From Magallana gigas (Eukaryota), in NCBI RefSeq assembly GCF_963853765.1, contig NC_088859.1:17732001-17796000 (forward strand): a stretch of DNA of 64,000 nucleotides. The letters are read 5' to 3'. Each line of letters opens with the position of its first letter. The stretch's first letter is position 1. A program made the position numbers and the translations under genes. This document shows positions 62,844 through 64,000 of the stretch, piece by piece. Under the pieces are notes generated by a model that searched no databases, was not told the DNA's origin, and was given only the letters and a program-made list of their open reading frames with translations.

Positions 62844-64000
62844 AAAACAAAAAAAAACCAACAAATGCTTAGTTTTCATAAATGTACCAACAAATTAAAC
62901 TTATATCAGTCAAATTCTAACACGTAAGAAAATTATTCAAACAAAACTTACAACAGACATCTTGTTTCCTCTCAGTGCCTCTCCATAGAGCTCATCTATA
63001 ACATCTCCAGCATGAATCTTGTCCTATAAAAAATTAAGATTGAATTCTAAAATTGAAACTACCAGGTAGATATTTTTAAACAGGTAAAGGTAACAACGAA
63101 TTGCTTCACAATAATAATGAGGATAAATTAAGGGGATTATAGTGGAGATGTGAAGTCCACATCATCAGTCAGCAGTAAATGCAGACTTGTTTAGCAATTA
63201 ATTTTGGTTATCCTACAATATAACCAGATTAACCATACAGTTTTTAAAGAATTTACATACCCAGGTATATGTAACTTACATTTTCTTCTGCTACACTGCC
63301 TGGTTCTACAGCTTTCACCAAAAGAAAGCCATTAATGTATCTATTAATAAAGGAAACAATCAAAAATAATCATCACTGATATTATGTAAACGCCTGGTAA
63401 AAGTACATAAATTATATTAACTTACTGGACATGAAGGCCAAGATTATCACATGGAACCAGTTCATATTGCTTATAGATCTAAAAGTGAAAGGAAGAAAAA
63501 AGAAAATTTAACTTTATTGAATGAAATGATAAACTTCTGAAAGTTTCAAATGACCCAGACTTTTAATCAATCATTGCTCACAGGTAAATTCCATGTTTTG
63601 TCCAAGAAACTTGCATTCTGAAAAAAAAAAAACCAAAAACATTTTAGTTCAGTTATTTAAAACAAACCACAGTATACATATTTTCAAATTGGCTTTTTAG
63701 ATAACAATATATTCCAGATACTAATACATAACTTACATGAACTCGCAGCTGGAAGTGTGCCTCGGTCAGCTCAAACAAGAGTGACTGCAGAATTTCTGAC
63801 AAAATCAAAGTTTAAAAGAAAGTGTACTCTTAAATCCATTTTAAACACAATCAAAATCACTATAATACTACTTTTTCAATGATATCTCGAAGTCATAAAT
63901 GAAGGTCTTAAAAAACTTGTTTATAAGTTACAAAACCACAAATTACAAGTTAATTAATATATCAACTGGCTCTCAAAATCCTTTCAAAGCCATACCTGCC
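59461..64000 (-). CDS. RUN (C-terminal end) - PDZ - PTB/PID domain protein, 3' part; the 5' end lies beyond the window
   Basis: Exons: >64000-63996, 63795-63737, 63617-63582, 63478-63426, 63340-63280, 63023-62952, 62771-62715, 62260-62070, 61780-61735, 61252-61187, 60837-60778, 60511-60429, 60336-60270, 60135-60111, 59495-59461, with consistent phases. EILQSLLFELTEAHFQLRVHNASFLDKTWNLP (RUN end); LGLHVQYINGFLLVKAVEPGSVAEENDKIHAGDVIDELYG (PDZ); YDAHYLGYVTLG...HSYTEISACGRRTD...YIAYIAG...FNCYVFE...IAQGF (PTB). Confidence 0.85.
60931..61087. mobile_element. Small MITE, TA target duplication
   Basis: Imperfect 18-bp TIR CCGGCTTGGGACCAATTC versus CTGGCGTAAGACCAGTTC, flanked by TA. Confidence 0.55.
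61265..61480. repeat. Palindromic intronic repeat element
   Basis: Nested inverted arms GATAAATAGAGGATATCTATA / TATAGATGTTCTATTTATC and TTTGCTTTATCCAAC / GTTGGATAAAGCAAA. Confidence 0.65.

Overview
AT-rich, intron-rich eukaryotic DNA. It is most likely a bivalve (oyster-like), which I infer from its repeat families and its RING-less B-box/NHL gene cluster. From left to right the window holds: (1) a full-length DD37E-type Tc1/mariner transposon and a LINE fragment; (2) a complete 27-exon PGAP1 (GPI inositol-deacylase) gene, whose 15-kb intron 20 carries an antisense nested 426-aa ORF and a string of smaller minus-strand ORFs; (3) a 13-exon gene built only from short phase-0 exons with an internal 51-48-54-63-nt module repeat, which the ORF track misses; (4) three tandem B-box/coiled-coil/NHL (TRIM-like) genes, each head-to-head with a full or truncated copy of the short-exon gene, where TRIM-like copy 2 is a mosaic and copy 3 is frameshifted; (5) the 3' part of a RUN-PDZ-PTB gene on the minus strand. 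Many MITEs, Helentron-like elements carrying satellite repeats, a SINE and microsatellites are interspersed. Gene models were built by eye from GT-AG sites and reading-frame continuity. No database searches were run.
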